Below, piece by piece: positions 62,862 through 64,000 of a DNA stretch of 64,000 nucleotides. Every line of letters starts with the position of its first letter. The first letter of the stretch is position 1. The stretch is taken from positions 866,522 to 930,521 of the forward strand of contig JADJRG010000022.1 of the NCBI GenBank assembly GCA_016712315.1, given 5' to 3'. The stretch is from Nannocystis sp. (lineage in GTDB: Bacteria > Myxococcota_A > Polyangia > Nannocystales > Nannocystaceae). The translations under genes and the position numbers were made by a program. The notes below the pieces were generated by a model. That model ran no database searches, was not told where the DNA came from, and was given only the letters and a program-made list of their open reading frames with translations.

Positions 62862-64000
62862 TCATCGCCCCGACTCCGCCGCCTGCTCGCTCGCCAGGAA
62901 GCACGCGAGCGCCTGCGTCCGTCGCCGCAAGCTCTCGAGATCGCACCACTCCTCCACCTGGTGAAAGTAGCGCCCCGCCGGCCCCAAACCATCAATACAA
63001 GGCACCCCGAGCGCCGCGAGCAGGTTCGCGTCGGAGCCACCACCTTGCAGCGGCGCCTCCCCGGTCCCAAGCCCCGCCGCCGCCGCATGCTCTTCGTACG
63101 CCGCCCGCAGCGCCTGCGTCGCCTCGCTCGCCTCCATCGGCGGCCGAGTCACCCCGCCGCTCACCTCCAAGCGGGCCGCATGCAGCCGCTCCGGCGCCCC
63201 CGGCCAGCGCGCCAGCGATCCCGCCATCCCGAACAGCCGCGCCGCCACCGCCTCCGCGTCGATCAGCCGCTCAAAGCGCGCATCAATCGTACAAGAGGCC
63301 CGCTCTGGCACCGTATTCTTGGCCGTCCCCCCGCTGATGAGGCCGACGCTCAGCGTCACCCCCCGGGCGTAGTCCGTCATCGCCTCGATCGCCGGGATCA
63401 CCAGCGCTAGCGCGTGGATCGCGTTCACCCCCTCTCGGTGGTTGTTGCCCGCGTGCGCGGCCTGCCCGTGCGCCGTGATCGTGAACAGCCCCCCGCCCTT
63501 GCGTGACGTCACGATCCGATCGCCCGCCCGACCTGCCTCAAAGACCAGCGCCGCTGAGGTCAACGGCGCCAGCCGATCGAACACCGCGGCCGAAGAGCTC
63601 GGCGATCCCACCTCTTCATCGCTCACGCAGATGAAGCGCGCGCGCAGCCCCGCCAGGCGCCCCGGCGCCGCCGCCTTCAGCGCCCGCAGCGCGAAGATCA
63701 CCGCCGACAGCCCCGACTTCATGTCCAGCACCCCTGGACCGCGCGCGATCGTCGGCTGCGCCACATCGCGAGAGAACTGGAGGAACCCCAGCGAGCGCGG
63801 GAACACCGTGTCGATGTGTCCAACGAGCGCCAGCGCGCGCCCCTCACCCGCCGCCGGAGTGCTGTAGATCCGGTGATCCGCGAACACCCCCGAAGGATCA
63901 GCCGCCCGCTCGCGCACCAGCCCGAGCGCCGCCGCCGCCTCGTCGACGATCGACGCCGCCGCCTCGACGTCCTCGCGCGCGTAGGTGTGGCTCGGCTGAT
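62862..64000 (-). CDS. M20 family metallopeptidase, 5' partial (continues beyond window end)
   Basis: M20 metal-site motifs are HIDTV and DMKSG. My translation of 63918-63998 stays open (..IVDEAAAALGLVRE..), so the N-terminus lies outside the window. Confidence 0.8.
   Translation of the reverse strand, partial: QPSHTYAREDVEAAASIVDEAAAALGLVRERAADPSGVFADHRIYSTPAAGEGRALALVGHIDTVFPRSLGFLQFSRDVAQPTIARGPGVLDMKSGLSAVIFALRALKAAAPGRLAGLRARFICVSDEEVGSPSSSAAVFDRLAPLTSAALVFEAGRAGDRIVTSRKGGGLFTITAHGQAAHAGNNHREGVNAIHALALVIPAIEAMTDYARGVTLSVGLISGGTAKNTVPERASCTIDARFERLIDAEAVAARLFGMAGSLARWPGAPERLHAARLEVSGGVTRPPMEASEATQALRAAYEEHAAAAGLGTGEAPLQGGGSDANLLAALGVPCIDGLGPAGRYFHQVEEWCDLESLRRRTQALACFLASEQAAESGR

Overview
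The window is a high-GC (about 70% by eye, not computed) chromosomal segment, almost certainly from a myxobacterium (Myxococcota). Three things support this. There is an OmpA-family protein ending in a MYXO-CTERM sorting tail. There are two giant Ser/Thr kinase-STAND ATPase fusions. Many genes encode lipoproteins with Ser/Thr/Gly-rich linkers and Cys-rich domains. I call about 47 protein-coding genes, with coding density above 90%. I found no rRNA, tRNA, CRISPR array, transposase or integrase. Most long R/P/A-rich ORFs in the track are antisense or out-of-frame shadows of real genes, which is typical at this GC content. Recognisable genes include peptide chain release factor 1, a sigma54-dependent response regulator, thiolase, an AidB-like acyl-CoA dehydrogenase, an Old-Yellow-Enzyme flavin oxidoreductase, homocysteine S-methyltransferase, an S46 dipeptidyl-peptidase, a DAGK-like lipid kinase, a Leu/Glu-dehydrogenase-family enzyme, spermidine synthase, a TonB-dependent receptor, an IucA/IucC NIS synthetase, a Prs-like PRPP synthetase, a CNNM/CorC transporter and an M20 peptidase. 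The most interesting observation is a tightly packed minus-strand operon at 52.7-59.5 kb: lipoprotein, TonB-dependent receptor, PepSY-TM protein, SpeE homologue, a cyanophycin-synthetase-like ATP-grasp ligase and a thioredoxin-fold redoxin. The redoxin carries an in-frame TGA exactly at the first Cys of its WCxxC motif, followed by a SECIS-like hairpin, so it is a candidate selenoprotein. The operon sits behind the only strongly AT-rich, Fur-box-like intergenic region in the window. This is a candidate iron-regulated polyamine-derived metallophore or uptake system. Other observations are an atypical NIS-synthetase neighbourhood at 41.6-46.4 kb, a cyclic-nucleotide signalling module at 16.8-22.2 kb, and several unusual tandem-repeat structures. 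All coordinates were derived by hand and should be treated as approximate to within a few nucleotides.
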